In this document: in pieces, positions 9,356-24,500 of the stretch
How the letters are laid out: every line of letters starts with the position of its first letter
Position numbering within the stretch: the stretch's first letter is position 1
From: Mobula hypostoma
Taxonomy: Eukaryota
Direction of reading: 5' to 3'
Length of the DNA: 64,000 nt
Assembly (NCBI RefSeq): GCF_963921235.1
Contig: NC_086121.1
Location: forward strand, 23,064,001-23,128,000
The notes under the pieces: model-generated
What the model was told of the DNA's origin: nothing
Seen by the model: the letters and a program-made list of their open reading frames with translations, nothing else
Database searches by the model: none
Translations under genes and position numbers: made by a program

Positions 9356-9545
9356 CCTGCCTTCTCCCCATAACCTTTGATGCTACAGTTGTCTGCGCCA
9401 ATGAATTCCACAGATCCCCCTCCCTCTGGCTAAAGAAATTCCTCCCCATCTCTGTTCTGAAGAGATGTCCTTCTACTCTGAGACTGTGCCCTCTGGCCCT
9501 AGACTCCCCCACTACTGGAAACATCCTCTCCACATCCACTCTATC
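9356..9545 (-). mobile_element. CR1 LINE 3' fragment whose last 61 bp are the first unit of the satellite
   Basis: ORF 9327-9539: DVERMFPVVGESRARGHSLRVEGHLFRTEMGRNFFSQREGDLWNSLAQ. There is an internal deletion before ATCAAAGGTTATGGGGAGAAGGCAGG. The sequence runs without a break into the array at 9485. Confidence 0.92.
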
Positions 9546-12500
9546 TGTGTCCTCTGGTCCGAGACTCCCCCCACCATAGGAAACATCCTCTCCACATCCA
9601 CTCTATCTGTGTCCTCTGGCCCTAGACTCCCCCACTACTGGAAACATCCTCTCCACATCCACTCTATCTGTGTCCTCTGGTCCTAGACTCCCCCACTACT
9701 GGAAACATCCTCTCCACATCCACTCTATCTGTGTCCTCTGGTCCTAGACTCCCCCACTACTGGAAACATCCTCTCCACATCCACTCTACCTGTGTCCTCT
9801 GGTCCGAGACTCCCCCCACCATAGGAAACATCCTCTCCACATCCACTCTATCTGTGTCCTCTGGTCCGAGACTCCCCCACTATAGGAAACATCCTCTCCA
9901 CATCCACTCTATCTGTGTCCTCTGGTCCGAGACTCCCCCACTACTGGAAACATCCTCTCCACATCCACTCTATCTGTGTCCTCTGGTCCGAGACTCCCCC
10001 ACTACTGGAAACATCCTCTCCACATCCACTCTATCTGTGTCCTCTGGTCCGAGACTCCCCCACTATAGGAAACATCCTCTCCACATCCACTCTATCTGTG
10101 TCCTCTGGTCCGAGACTCCCCCACTACTGGAAACATCCTCTCCACATCCACTCTATCTGTGTCCTCTGGTCCGAGACTCCCCCACTACTGGAAACATCCT
10201 CTCCACATCCACTCTATCTGTGTCCTCTGGTCCGAGACTCCCCCACTATAGGAAACATCCTCTCCACATCCACTCTATCTGTGTCCTCTGGTCCGAGACT
10301 CCCCCACTACTGGAAACATCCTCTCCACATCCACTCTATCTGTGTCCTCTGGTCCGAGACTCCCCCACTACTGGAAACATCCTCTCCACATCCACTCTAT
10401 CTGTGTCCTCTGGTCCTAGACTCCCCCACTACTGGAAACATCCTCTCCACATCCACTCTACCTGTGTCCTCTGGTCCGAGACTCCCCCACTACTGGAAAC
10501 ATCCTCTCCACATCCACTCTATCTGTGTCCTCTGGTCCGAGACTCCCCCCACCATAGGAAACATCCTCTCCACATTCACTCTACCTGTGTCCTCTGGTCC
10601 GAGACTCCCCCACTACTGGAAACATCCTCTCCACATCCACTCTATCTGTGTCCTCTGGTCCGAGACTCCCCCCACCATAGGAAACATCCTCTCCACATTC
10701 ACTCTACCTGTGTCCTCTGGTCCTAGACTCCCCCACTACTGGAAACATCCTCTCCACATCCACTCTATCTGTGTCCTCTGGCCCTAGACTCCCCCACTAC
10801 TGGAAACATCCTCTCCACATCCACTCTATCTGTGTCCTCTGGCCCTAGACTCCCCCACTACTGGAAACATCCTCTCCACATCCACTCTATCTGTGCCCTC
10901 TGGCCCTAGACTCCCCCACTACTGGAAACATCCTCTCCACATCCACTCTATCTGTGTCCTCTGGCCCTAGACTCCCCCACTACTGGAAACATCCTCTCCA
11001 CATCCACTCTATCTGTGCCCTCTGGCCCTAGACTCCCCCACTACTGGAAACATCCTCTCCACATCCACTCTATCTGTGTCCTCTGGTCCTAGACTCCCCC
11101 ACTACTGGAAACATCCTCTCCACATCCACTCTATCTGTGTCCTCTGGTCCGAGACTCCCCCACTACTGGAAACATCCTCTCCACATCCACTCTATCTGTG
11201 TCCTCTGGTCCGAGACTCCCCCACTACTGGAAACATCCTCTCCACATCCACTCTATCTGTGTCCTCTGGTCCGAGACTCCCCCACTACTGGAAACATCCT
11301 CTCCACATCCACTCTATCTGTGTCCTCTGGTCCTAGACTCCCCCACTATAGGAAACATCCTCTCCACATCCACTCTACCTGTGTCCTCTGGTCCTAGACT
11401 CCCCCACTACTGGAAACATCCTCTCCACATCCACTCTATCTGTGTCCTCTGGCCCTAGACTCCCCCACTACTGGAAACATCCTCTCCACATCCACTCTAT
11501 CTGTGTCCTCTGGTCCGAGACTCCCCCACTACTGGAAACATCCTCTCCACATCCACTCTATCTGTGTCCTCTGGTCCGAGACTCCCCCACTACTGGAAAC
11601 ATCCTCTCCACATCCACTCTATCTGTGTCCTCTGGTCCGAGACTCCCCCACTACTGGAAACATCCTCTCCACATCCACTCTATCTGTGTCCTCTGGCCCT
11701 AGACTCCCCCACTACTGGAAACATCCTCTCCACATCCACTCTATCTGTGTCCTCTGGCCCTAGACTCCCCCACTACTGGAAACATCCTCTCCACATCCAC
11801 TCTATCTGTGCCCTCTGGCCCTAGACTCCCCCACTACTGGAAACATCCTCTCCACATCCACTCTATCTGTGTCCTCTGGCCCTAGACTCCCCCACTACTG
11901 GAAACATCCTCTCCACATCCACTCTATCTGTGCCCTCTGGCCCTAGACTCCCCCACTACTGGAAACATCCTCTCCACATCCACTCTATCTGTGTCCTCTG
12001 GTCCTAGACTCCCCCACTACTGGAAACATCCTCTCCACATCCACTCTATCTGTGTCCTCTGGTCCGAGACTCCCCCACTACTGGAAACATCCTCTCCACA
12101 TCCACTCTATCTGTGTCCTCTGGTCCGAGACTCCCCCACTACTGGAAACATCCTCTCCACATCCACTCTATCTGTGTCCTCTGGTCCGAGACTCCCCCAC
12201 TACTGGAAACATCCTCTCCACATCCACTCTATCTGTGTCCTCTGGTCCTAGACTCCCCCACTATAGGAAACATCCTCTCCACATCCACTCTACCTGTGTC
12301 CTCTGGTCCTAGACTCCCCCACTACTGGAAACATCCTCTCCACATCCACTCTATCTGTGTCCTCTGGCCCTAGACTCCCCCACTACTGGAAACATCCTCT
12401 CCACATCCACTCTATCTGTGTCCTCTGGTCCGAGACTCCCCCACTACTGGAAACATCCTCTCCACATCCACTCTATCTGTGTCCTCTGGTCCGAGACTCC

Positions 12501-15500
12501 CCCACTACTGGAAACATCCTCTCCACATCCACTCTATCTGTGTCCTCTGGTCCGAGACTCCCCCACTACTGGAAACATCCTCTCCACATCCACTCTATCT
12601 GTGTCCTCTGGTCCGAGACTCCCCCACTACTGGAAACATCCTCTCCACATCCACTCTATCTGTGTCCTCTGGCCCTAGACTCCCCCACTACTGGAAACAT
12701 CCTCTCCACATCCACTCTATCTGTGTCCTCTGGTCCTAGACTCCCCCACTATAGGAAACATCCTCTCCACATCCACTCTACCTGTGTCCTCTGGTCCTAG
12801 ACTCCCCCACTACTGGAAACATCCTCTCCACATCCACTCTATCTGTGTCCTCTGGTCCTAGACTCCCCCACTACTGGAAACATCCTCTCCACATCCACTC
12901 TATCTGTGTCCTCTGGTCCGAGACTCCCCCACTACTGGAAACATCCTCTCCACATCCACTCTATCTGTGTCCTCTGGTCCGAGACTCCCCCACTACTGGA
13001 AACATCCTCTCCACATCCACTCTATCTGTGTCCTCTGGCCCTAGACTCCCCCACTACTGGAAACATCCTCTCCACATCCACTCTATCTGTGCCCTCTGGC
13101 CCTAGACTCCCCCACTACTGGAAACATCCTCTCCACATCCACTCTATCTGTGTCCTCTGGTCCGAGACTCCCCCACTACTGGAAACATCCTCTCCACATC
13201 CACTCTATCTGTGTCCTCTGGTCCGAGACTCCCCCACTACTGGAAACATCCTCTCCACATCCACTCTATCTGTGTCCTCTGGTCCGAGACTCCCCCACTA
13301 CTGGAAACATCCTCTCCACATCCACTCTATCTGTGTCCTCTGGTCCTAGACTCCCCCACTACTGGAAACATCCTCTCCACATCCACTCTATCTGTGTCCT
13401 CTGGTCCGAGACTCCCCCACTACTGGAAACATCCTCTCCACATCCACTCTATCTGTGTCCTCTGGCCCTAGACTCCCCCACTACTGGAAACATCCTCTCC
13501 ACATCCACTCTATCTGTGTCCTCTGGTCCGAGACTCCCCCACTATAGGAAACATCCTCTCCACATCCACTCTATCTGTGTCCTCTGGTCCGAGACTCCCC
13601 CACTACTGGAAACATCCTCTCCACATCCACTCTATCTGTGTCCTCTGGTCCTAGACTCCCCCACTACTGGAAACATCCTCTCCACATCCACTCTATCTGT
13701 GTCCTCTGGCCCTAGACTCCCCCACTACTGGAAACATCCTCTCCACATCCACTCTATCTGTGTCCTCTGGTCCGAGACTCCCCCCACCATAGGAAACATC
13801 CTCTCCACATCCACTCTATCTGTGTCCTCTGGTCCGAGACTCCCCCACTACTGGAAACATCCTCTCCACATCCACTCTATCTGTGTCCTCTGGTCCTAGA
13901 CTCCCCCACTACTGGAAACATCCTCTCCACATCCACTCTATCTGTGTCCTCTGGTCCGAGACTCCCCCACTACTGGAAACATCCTCTCCACATCCACTCT
14001 ATCTGTGTCCTCTGGTCCGAGACTCCCCCACTACTGGAAACATCCTCTCCACATCCACTCTATCTGTGTCCTCTGGTCCGAGACTCCCCCACTACTGGAA
14101 ACATCCTCTCCACATCCACTCTATCTGTGTCCTCTGGTCCGAGACTCCCCCACTACTGGAAACATCCTCTCCACATCCACTCTATCTGTGTCCTCTGGTC
14201 CGAGACTCCCCCACTATAGGAAACATCCTCTCCACATCCACTCTATCTGTGTCCTCTGGTCCGAGACTCCCCCACTACTGGAAACATCCTCTCCACATCC
14301 ACTCTATCTGTGTCCTCTGGTCCGAGACTCCCCCACTACTGGAAACATCCTCTCCACATCCACTCTACCTGTGTCCTCTGGTCCGAGACTCCCCCACTAC
14401 TGGAAACATCCTCTCCACATCCACTCTATCTGTGTCCTCTGGTCCTAGACTCCCCCACTACTGGAAACATCCTCTCCACATCCACTCTATCTGTGTCCTC
14501 TGGTCCGAGACTCCCCCACTACTGGAAACATCCTCTCCACATCCACTCTATCTGTGTCCTCTGGCCCTAGACTCCCCCACTACTGGAAACATCCTCTCCA
14601 CATCCACTCTATCTGTGTCCTCTGGTCCGAGACTCCCCCACTACTGGAAACATCCTCTCCACATCCACTCTATCTGTGTCCTCTGGTCCGAGACTCCCCC
14701 ACTACTGGAAACATCCTCTCCACATCCACTCTATCTGTGTCCTCTGGTCCGAGACTCCCCCACTACTGGAAACATCCTCTCCACATCCACTCTACCTGTG
14801 TCCTCTGGCCCTAGACTCTCCCACTACTGGAAACATCCTCTCCACATCCACTCTATCTGTGTCCTCTGGTCCGAGACTCCCCCACTACTGGAAACATCCT
14901 CTCCACATCCACTCTATCTGTGTCCTCTGGTCCGAGACTCCCCCACTACTGGAAACATCCTCTCCACATCCACTCTATCTGTGTCCTCTGGTCCGAGACT
15001 CCCCCACTACTGGAAACATCCTCTCCACATCCACTCTACCTGTGTCCTCTGGCCCTAGACTCCCCCACTACTGGAAACATCCTCTCCACATCCACTCTAT
15101 CTGTGTCCTCTGGTCCGAGACTCCCCCACTACTGGAAACATCCTCTCCACATCCACTCTATCTGTGTCCTCTGGCCCTAGACTCCCCCACTACTGGAAAC
15201 ATCCTCTCCACATCCACTCTATCTGTGTCCTCTGGTCCGAGACTCCCCCACTACTGGAAACATCCTCTCCACATCCACTCTATCTGTGTCCTCTGGTCCA
15301 AGACTCCCCCACTACTGGAAACATCCTCTCCACATCCACTCTATCTGTGTCCTCTGGTCCGAGACTCCCCCACTACTGGAAACATCCTCTCCACATCCAC
15401 TCTATCTGTGTCCTCTGGTCCGAGACTCCCCCACTACTGGAAACATCCTCTCCACATCCACTCTATCTGTGCCCTCTGGTCCGAGACTCCCCCACTATAG

Positions 15501-18500
15501 GAAACATCCTCTCCACATCCACTCTATCTGTGTCCTCTGGTCCGAGACTCCCCCACTACTGGAAACATCCTCTCCACATCCACTCTATCTGTGTCCTCTG
15601 GTCCGAGACTCCCCCGACTACTGGAAACATCCTCTCCACATCCACTCTATCTGTGTCCTCTGGTCCGAGACTCCCCCACTACTGGAAACATCCTCTCCAC
15701 ATCCACTCTATCTGTGTCCTCTGGTCCGAGACTCCCCCACTACTGGAAACATCCTCTCCACATCCACTCTATCTGTGTCCTCTGGCCCTAGACTCCCCCC
15801 ACCATAGGAAACATCCTCTCCACATCCACTCTACCTGTGTCCTCTGGTCCGAGACTCCCCCACTACTGGAAACATCCTCTCCACATCCACTCTATCTGTG
15901 CCCTCTGGCCCTAGACTCCCCCACTACTGGAAACATCCTCTCCACATCCACTCTATCTGTGTCCTCTGGTCCGAGACTCCCCCACTACTGGAAACATCCT
16001 CTCCACATCCACTCTATCTGTGTCCTCTGGCCCTAGACTCCCCCACTACTGGAAACATCCTCTCCACATCCACTCTATCTGTGTCCTCTGGTCCGAGACT
16101 CCCCCACTACTGGAAACATCCTCTCCACATCCACTCTATCTGTGTCCTCTGGTCCTAGACTCCCCCACTACTGGAAACATCCTCTCCACATCCACTCTAT
16201 CTGTGTCCTCTGGTCCGAGACTCCCCCACTACTGGAAACATCCTCTCCACATCCACTCTACCTGTGTCCTCTAGCCCTAGACTCCCCCACTACAGGAAAC
16301 ATCCTCTCCACATCCACTCTATCTGTGTCCTCTGGTCCGAGACTCCCCCACTACTGGAAACATCCTCTCCACATCCACTCTATCTGTGTCCTCTGGTCCT
16401 AGACTCCCCCACTACTGGAAACATCCTCTCCACATCCACTCTATCTGTGTCCTCTGGTCCGAGACTCCCCCACTACTGGAAACATCCTCTCCACATCCAC
16501 TCTATCTGTGTCCTCTGGTCCGAGACTCCCCCACTACTGGAAACATCCTCTCCACATCCACTCTATCTGTGTCCTCTGGTCCGAGACTCCCCCACTACTG
16601 GAAACATCCTCTCCACATCCACTCTATCTGTGTCCTCTGGTCCGAGACTCCCCCCACCATAGGAAACATCCTCTCCACATCCACTCTATCTGTGTCCTCT
16701 GGTCCGAGACTCCCCCACTACTGGAAACATCCTCTCCACATCCACTCTATCTGTGTCCTCTGGTCCGAGACTCCCCCACTACTGGAAACATCCTCTCCAC
16801 ATCCACTCTATCTGTGTCCTCTGGTCCGAGACTCCCCCCACCATAGGAAACATCCTCTCCACATCCACTCTATCTGTGTCCTCTGGTCCGAGACTCCCCC
16901 ACTACTGGAAACATCCTCTCCACATCCACTCTATCTGTGTCCTCTGGCCCTAGACTCCCCCACTACTGGAAACATCCTCTCCACATCCACTCTATCTGTG
17001 TCCTCTGGCCCTAGACTCCCCCACTACTGGAAACATCCTCTCCACATCCACTCTATCTGTGCCCTCTGGCCCTAGACTCCCCCACTACTGGAAACATCCT
17101 CTCCACATCCACTCTATCTGTGTCCTCTGGCCCTAGACTCCCCCACTACTGGAAACATCCTCTCCACATCCACTCTATCTGTGCCCTCTGGCCCCAGACT
17201 CCCCCACTACTGGAAACATCCTCTCCACATCCACTCTATCTGTGTCCTCTGGTCCTAGACTCCCCCACTACTGGAAACATCCTCTCCACATCCACTCTAT
17301 CTGTGTCCTCTGGTCCGAGACTCCCCCACTACTGGAAACATCCTCTCCACATCCACTCTATCTGTGTCCTCTGGTCCGAGACTCCCCCACTACTGGAAAC
17401 ATCCTCTCCACATCCACTCTATCTGTGTCCTCTGGTCCGAGACTCCCCCACTACTGGAAACATCCTCTCCACATCCACTCTATCTGTGTCCTCTGGTCCT
17501 AGACTCCCCCACTATAGGAAACATCCTCTCCACATCCACTCTATCTGTGTCCTCTGGTCCTAGACTCCCCCACTACTGGAAACATCCTCTCCACATCCAC
17601 TCTATCTGTGTCCTCTGGCCCTAGACTCCCCCACTACTGGAAACATCCTCTCCACATCCACTCTATCTGTGTCCTCTGGTCCGAGACTCCCCCACTACTG
17701 GAAACATCCTCTCCACATCCACTCTATCTGTGTCCTCTGGTCCGAGACTCCCCCACTACTGGAAACATCCTCTCCACATCCACTCTATCTGTGTCCTCTG
17801 GTCCGAGACTCCCCCACTACTGGAAACATCCTCTCCACATCCACTCTATCTGTGTCCTCTGGCCCTAGACTCCCCCACTACTGGAAACATCCTCTCCACA
17901 TCCACTCTATCTGTGTCCTCTGGCCCTAGACTCCCCCACTACTGGAAACATCCTCTCCACATCCACTCTATCTGTGTCCTCTGGCCCTAGACTCCCCCAC
18001 TACTGGAAACATCCTCTCCACATCCACTCTATCTGTGTCCTCTGGCCCTAGACTCCCCCACTACTGGAAACATCCTCTCCACATCCACTCTATCTGTGCC
18101 CTCTGGCCCTAGACTCCCCCACTACTGGAAACATCCTCTCCACATCCACTCTATCTGTGTCCTCTGGTCCTAGACTCCCCCACTACTGGAAACATCCTCT
18201 CCACATCCACTCTATCTGTGTCCTCTGGTCCGAGACTCCCCCACTACTGGAAACATCCTCTCCACATCCACTCTATCTGTGTCCTCTGGTCCGAGACTCC
18301 CCCACTACTGGAAACATCCTCTCCACATCCACTCTATCTGTGTCCTCTGGTCCGAGACTCCCCCACTACTGGAAACATCCTCTCCACATCCACTCTATCT
18401 GTGTCCTCTGGTCCTAGACTCCCCCACTATAGGAAACATCCTCTCCACATCCACTCTACCTGTGTCCTCTGGTCCTAGACTCCCCCACTACTGGAAACAT

Positions 18501-21500
18501 CCTCTCCACATCCACTCTATCTGTGTCCTCTGGCCCTAGACTCCCCCACTACTGGAAACATCCTCTCCACATCCACTCTATCTGTGTCCTCTGGTCCGAG
18601 ACTCCCCCACTACTGGAAACATCCTCTCCACATCCACTCTATCTGTGTCCTCTGGTCCGAGACTCCCCCACTACTGGAAACATCCTCTCCAAATCCACTC
18701 TATCTGTGTCCTCTGGTCCGAGACTCCCCCACTACTGGAAACATCCTCTCCACATCCACTCTATCTGTGTCCTCTGGTCCGAGACTCCCCCACTACTGGA
18801 AACATCCTCTCCACATCCACTCTATCTGTGTCCTCTGGCCCTAGACTCCCCCACTACTGGAAACATCCTCTCCACATCCACTCTATCTGTGTCCTCTGGT
18901 CCTAGACTCCCCCACTATAGGAAACATCCTCTCCACATCCACTCTACCTGTGTCCTCTGGTCCTAGACTCCCCCACTACTGGAAACATCCTCTCCACATC
19001 CACTCTATCTGTGTCCTCTGGTCCTAGACTCCCCCACTACTGGAAACATCCTCTCCACATCCACTCTATCTGTGTCCTCTGGTCCGAGACTCCCCCACTA
19101 CTGGAAACATCCTCTCCACATCCACTCTATCTGTGTCCTCTGGTCCGAGACTCCCCCACTACTGGAAACATCCTCTCCACATCCACTCTATCTGTGTCCT
19201 CTGGCCCTAGACTCCCCCACTACTGGAAACATCCTCTCCACATCCACTCTATCTGTGCCCTGGCCCTAGACTCCCCCACTACTGGAAACATCCTCTCCAC
19301 ATCCACTCTATCTGTGTCCTCTGGTCCGAGACTCCCCCACTACTGGAAACATCCTCTCCACATCCACTCTATCTGTGTCCTCTGGTCCGAGACTCCCCCA
19401 CTACTGGAAACATCCTCTCCACATCCACTCTATCTGTGTCCTCTGGTCCGAGACTCCCCCACTACTGGAAACATCCTCTCCACATCCACTCTATCTGTGT
19501 CCTCTGGTCCTAGACTCCCCCACTACTGGAAACATCCTCTCCACATCCACTCTATCTGTGTCCTCTGGTCCGAGACTCCCCCACTACTGGAAACATCCTC
19601 TCCACATCCACTCTATCTGTGTCCTCTGGCCCTAGACTCCCCCACTACTGGAAACATCCTCTCCACATCCACTCTATCTGTGTCCTCTGGTCCGAGACTC
19701 CCCCACTATAGGAAACATCCTCTCCACATCCACTCTATCTGTGTCCTCTGGTCCGAGACTCCCCCACTACTGGAAACATCCTCTCCACATCCACTCTATC
19801 TGTGTCCTCTGGTCCTAGACTCCCCCACTACTGGAAACATCCTCTCCACATCCACTCTATCTGTGTCCTCTGGCCCTAGACTCCCCCACTACTGGAAACA
19901 TCCTCTCCACATCCACTCTATCTGTGTCCTCTGGTCCGAGACTCCCCCACCATAGGAAACATCCTCTCCACATCCACTCTATCTGTGTCCTCTGGTCCGA
20001 GACTCCCCCACTACTGGAAACATCCTCTCCACATCCACTCTATCTGTGTCCTCTGGTCCTAGACTCCCCCACTACTGGAAACATCCTCTCCACATCCACT
20101 CTATCTGTGTCCTCTGGTCCGAGACTCCCCCACTACTGGAAACATCCTCTCCACATCCACTCTATCTGTGTCCTCTGGTCCGAGACTCCCCCACTACTGG
20201 AAACATCCTCTCCACATCCACTCTATCTGTGTCCTCTGGTCCGAGACTCCCCCACTACTGGAAACATCCTCTCCACATCCACTCTATCTGTGTCCTCTGG
20301 TCCGAGACTCCCCCACTACTGGAAACATCCTCTCCACATCCACTCTATCTGTGTCCTCTGGTCCGAGACTCCCCCACTATAGGAAACATCCTCTCCACAT
20401 CCACTCTATCTGTGTCCTCTGGTCCGAGACTCCCCCACTACTGGAAACATCCTCTCCACATCCACTCTATCTGTGTCCTCTGGTCCGAGACTCCCCCACT
20501 ACTGGAAACATCCTCTCCACATCCACTCTATCTGTGTCCTCTGGTCCGAGACTCCCCCACTACTGGAAACATCCTCTCCACATCCACTCTATCTGTGTCC
20601 TCTGGTCCTAGACTCCCCCACTACTGGAAACATCCTCTCCACATCCACTCTATCTGTGTCCTCTGGTCCGAGACTCCCCCACTACTGGAAACATCCTCTC
20701 CACATCCACTCTATCTGTGTCCTCTGGCCCTAGACTCCCCCACTACTGGAAACATCCTCTCCACATCCACTCTATCTGTGTCCTCTGGTCCGAGACTCCC
20801 CCACTACTGGAAACATCCTCTCCACATCCACTCTATCTGTGTCCTCTGGTCCGAGACTCCCCCACTACTGGAAACATCCTCTCCACATCCACTCTATCTG
20901 TGTCCTCTGGTCCGAGACTCCCCCACTACTGGAAACATCCTCTCCACATCCACTCTACCTGTGTCCTCTGGCCCTAGACTCTCCCACTACTGGAAACATC
21001 CTCTCCACATCCACTCTATCTGTGTCCTCTGGTCCGAGACTCCCCCACTACTGGAAACATCCTCTCCACATCCACTCTATCTGTGTCCTCTGGTCCGAGA
21101 CTCCCCCACTACTGGAAACATCCTCTCCACATCCACTCTATCTGTGTCCTCTGGTCCGAGACTCCCCCACTACTGGAAACATCCTCTCCACATCCACTCT
21201 ACCTGTGTCCTCTGGCCCTAGACTCCCCCACTACTGGAAACATCCTCTCCACATCCACTCTATCTGTGTCCTCTGGTCCGAGACTCCCCCACTACTGGAA
21301 ACATCCTCTCCACATCCACTCTATCTGTGTCCTCTGGCCCTAGACTCCCCCACTACTGGAAACATCCTCTCCACATCCACTCTATCTGTGTCCTCTGGTC
21401 CGAGACTCCCCCACTACTGGAAACATCCTCTCCACATCCACTCTATCTGTGTCCTCTGGTCCGAGACTCCCCCACTACTGGAAACATCCTCTCCACATCC

Positions 21501-24500
21501 ACTCTATCTGTGTCCTCTGGTCCGAGACTCCCCCACTACTGGAAACATCCTCTCCACATCCACTCTATCTGTGTCCTCTGGTCCGAGACTCCCCCACTAC
21601 TGGAAACATCCTCTCCACATCCACTCTATCTGTGTCCTCTGGTCCGAGACTCCCCCACTATAGGAAACATCCTCTCCACATCCACTCTATCTGTGTCCTC
21701 TGGTCCGAGACTCCCCCACTACTGGAAACATCCTCTCCACATCCACTCTACCTGTGTCCTCTGGTCCGAGACTCCCCCCACTACTGGAAACATCCTCTCC
21801 ACATCCACTCTATCTGTGTCCTCTGGTCCGAGACTCCCCCACTACTGGAAACATCCTCTCCACATCCACTCTATCTGTGTCCTCTGGTCCGAGACTCCCC
21901 CACTACTGGAAACATCCTCTCCACATCCACTCTATCTGTGTCCTCTGGCCCTAGACTCCCCCCACCATAGGAAACATCCTCTCCACATCCACTCTACCTG
22001 TGTCCTCTGGTCCGAGACTCCCCCACTACTGGAAACATCCTCTCCACATCCACTCTATCTGTGTCCTCTGGTCCTAGACTCCCCCACTACTGGAAACATC
22101 CTCTCCACATCCACTCTATCTGTGTCCTCTGGTCCGAGACTCCCCCACTACTGGAAACATCCTCTCCACATCCACTCTATCTGTGTCCTCTGGCCCTAGA
22201 CTCCCCCACTACTGGAAACATCCTCTCCACATCCACTCTATCTGTGTCCTCTGGTCCGAGACTCCCCCACTACTGGAAACATCCTCTCCACATCCACTCT
22301 ATCTGTGTCCTCTGGTCCGAGACTCCCCCACTACTGGAAACATCCTCTCCACATCCACTCTATCTGTGTCCTCTGGTCCGAGACTCCCCCACTACTGGAA
22401 ACATCCTCTCCACATCCACTCTATCTGTGTCCTCTGGTCCGAGACTCCCCCACTACTGGAAACATCCTCTCCACATCCACTCTACCTGTGTCCTCTGGCC
22501 CTAGACTCCCCCACTACTGGAAACATCCTCTCCACATCCACTCTATCTGTGTCCTCTGGTCCGAGACTCCCCCACTACTGGAAACATCCTCTCCACATCC
22601 ACTCTATCTGTGTCCTCTGGTCCGAGACTCCCCCACTACTGGAAACATCCTCTCCACATCCACTCTATCTGTGTCCTCTGGTCCGAGACTCCCCCACTAC
22701 TGGAAACATCCTCTCCACATCCACTCTACCTGTGTCCTCTGGCCCTAGACTCCCCCACTACTGGAAACATCCTCTCCACATCCACTCTATCTGTGTCCTC
22801 TGGTCCGAGACTCCCCCACTACTGGAAACATCCTCTCCACATCCACTCTATCTGTGTCCTCTGGCCCTAGACTCCCCCACTACTGGAAACATCCTCTCCA
22901 CATCCACTCTATCTGTGTCCTCTGGTCCGAGACTCCCCCACTACTGGAAACATCCTCTCCACATCCACTCTATCTGTGTCCTCTGGTCCGAGACTCCCCC
23001 ACTACTGGAAACATCCTCTCCACATCCACTCTATCTGTGTCCTCTGGTCCGAGACTCCCCCACTACTGGAAACATCCTCTCCACATCCACTCTATCTGTG
23101 TCCTCTGGTCCGAGACTCCCCCACCATAGGAAACATCCTCTCCACATCCACTCTATCTGTGTCCTCTGGTCCGAGACTCCCCCACTACTGGAAACATCCT
23201 CTCCACATCCACTCTATCTGTGTCCTCTGGTCCGAGACTCCCCCACTACTGGAAACATCCTCTCCACATCCACTCTATCTGTGTCCTCTGGTCCGAGACT
23301 CCCCCCACCATAGGAAACATCCTCTCCACATCCACTCTATCTGTGTCCTCTGGTCCGAGACTCCCCCACTACTGGAAACATCCTCTCCACATCCACTCTA
23401 TCTGTGTCCTCTGGTCCTAGACTCCCCCACCATAGGAAACATCCTCTCCACATCCACTCTATCTGTGTCCTCTGGCCCTAGACTCCCCCCACCATAGGAA
23501 ACATCCTCTCCACATCCACTCTATCTGTGTCCTCTGGCCCTAGACTCCCCCCACCATAGGAAACATCCTCTCCACATCCACTCTATCTGTGTCCTCTGGC
23601 CCTAGACTCCCCCACTACTGGAAACATCCTCTCCACATCCACTCTATCTGTGTCCTCTGGCCCTAGACTCCCCCACTACTGGAAACATCCTCTCCACATC
23701 CACTCTATCTGTGTCCTCTGGCCCTAGACTCCCCCACTACTGGAAACATCCTCTCCACATCCACTCTATCTGTGTCCTCTGGTCCGAGACTCCCCCACTA
23801 CTGGAAACATCCTCTCCACATCCACTCTATCTGTGTCCTCTGGCCCTAGACTCCCCCCACCATAGGAAACATCCTCTCCACATCCACTCTATCAGTGTCC
23901 TCTGGCCCTAGACTCCCCCACTACTGGAAACATCCTCTCCACATCCACTCTATCTGTGTCCTCTGGCCCTAGACTCCCCCACTACTGGAAACATCCTCTC
24001 CACATCCACTCTATCTGTGTCCTCTGGTCCTAGACTCCCCCACTACTGGAAACATCCTCTCCACATCCACTCTATCTGTGTCCTCTGGTCCGAGACTCCC
24101 CCACTACTGGAAACATCCTCTCCACATCCACTCTATCTGTGTCCTCTGGTCCGAGACTCCCCCACTACTGGAAACATCCTCTCCACATCCACTCTACCTG
24201 TGTCCTCTGGTCCTAGACTCCCCCCACCATAGGAAACATCCTCTCCACATCCACTCTATCTGTGTCCTCTGGTCCGAGACTCCCCCCACCATAGGAAACA
24301 TCCTCTCCACATCCACTCTTTCTGTGTCCTCTGGTCCTAGACTCCCCCACTACTGGAAACATCCTCTCCACATCCACTCTACCTGTGTCCTCTGGTCCTA
24401 GACTCCCCCCACCATAGGAAACATCCTCTCCACATCCACTCTATCTGTGTCCTCTGGTCCGAGACTCCCCCCACCATAGGAAACATCCTCTCCACATTCA

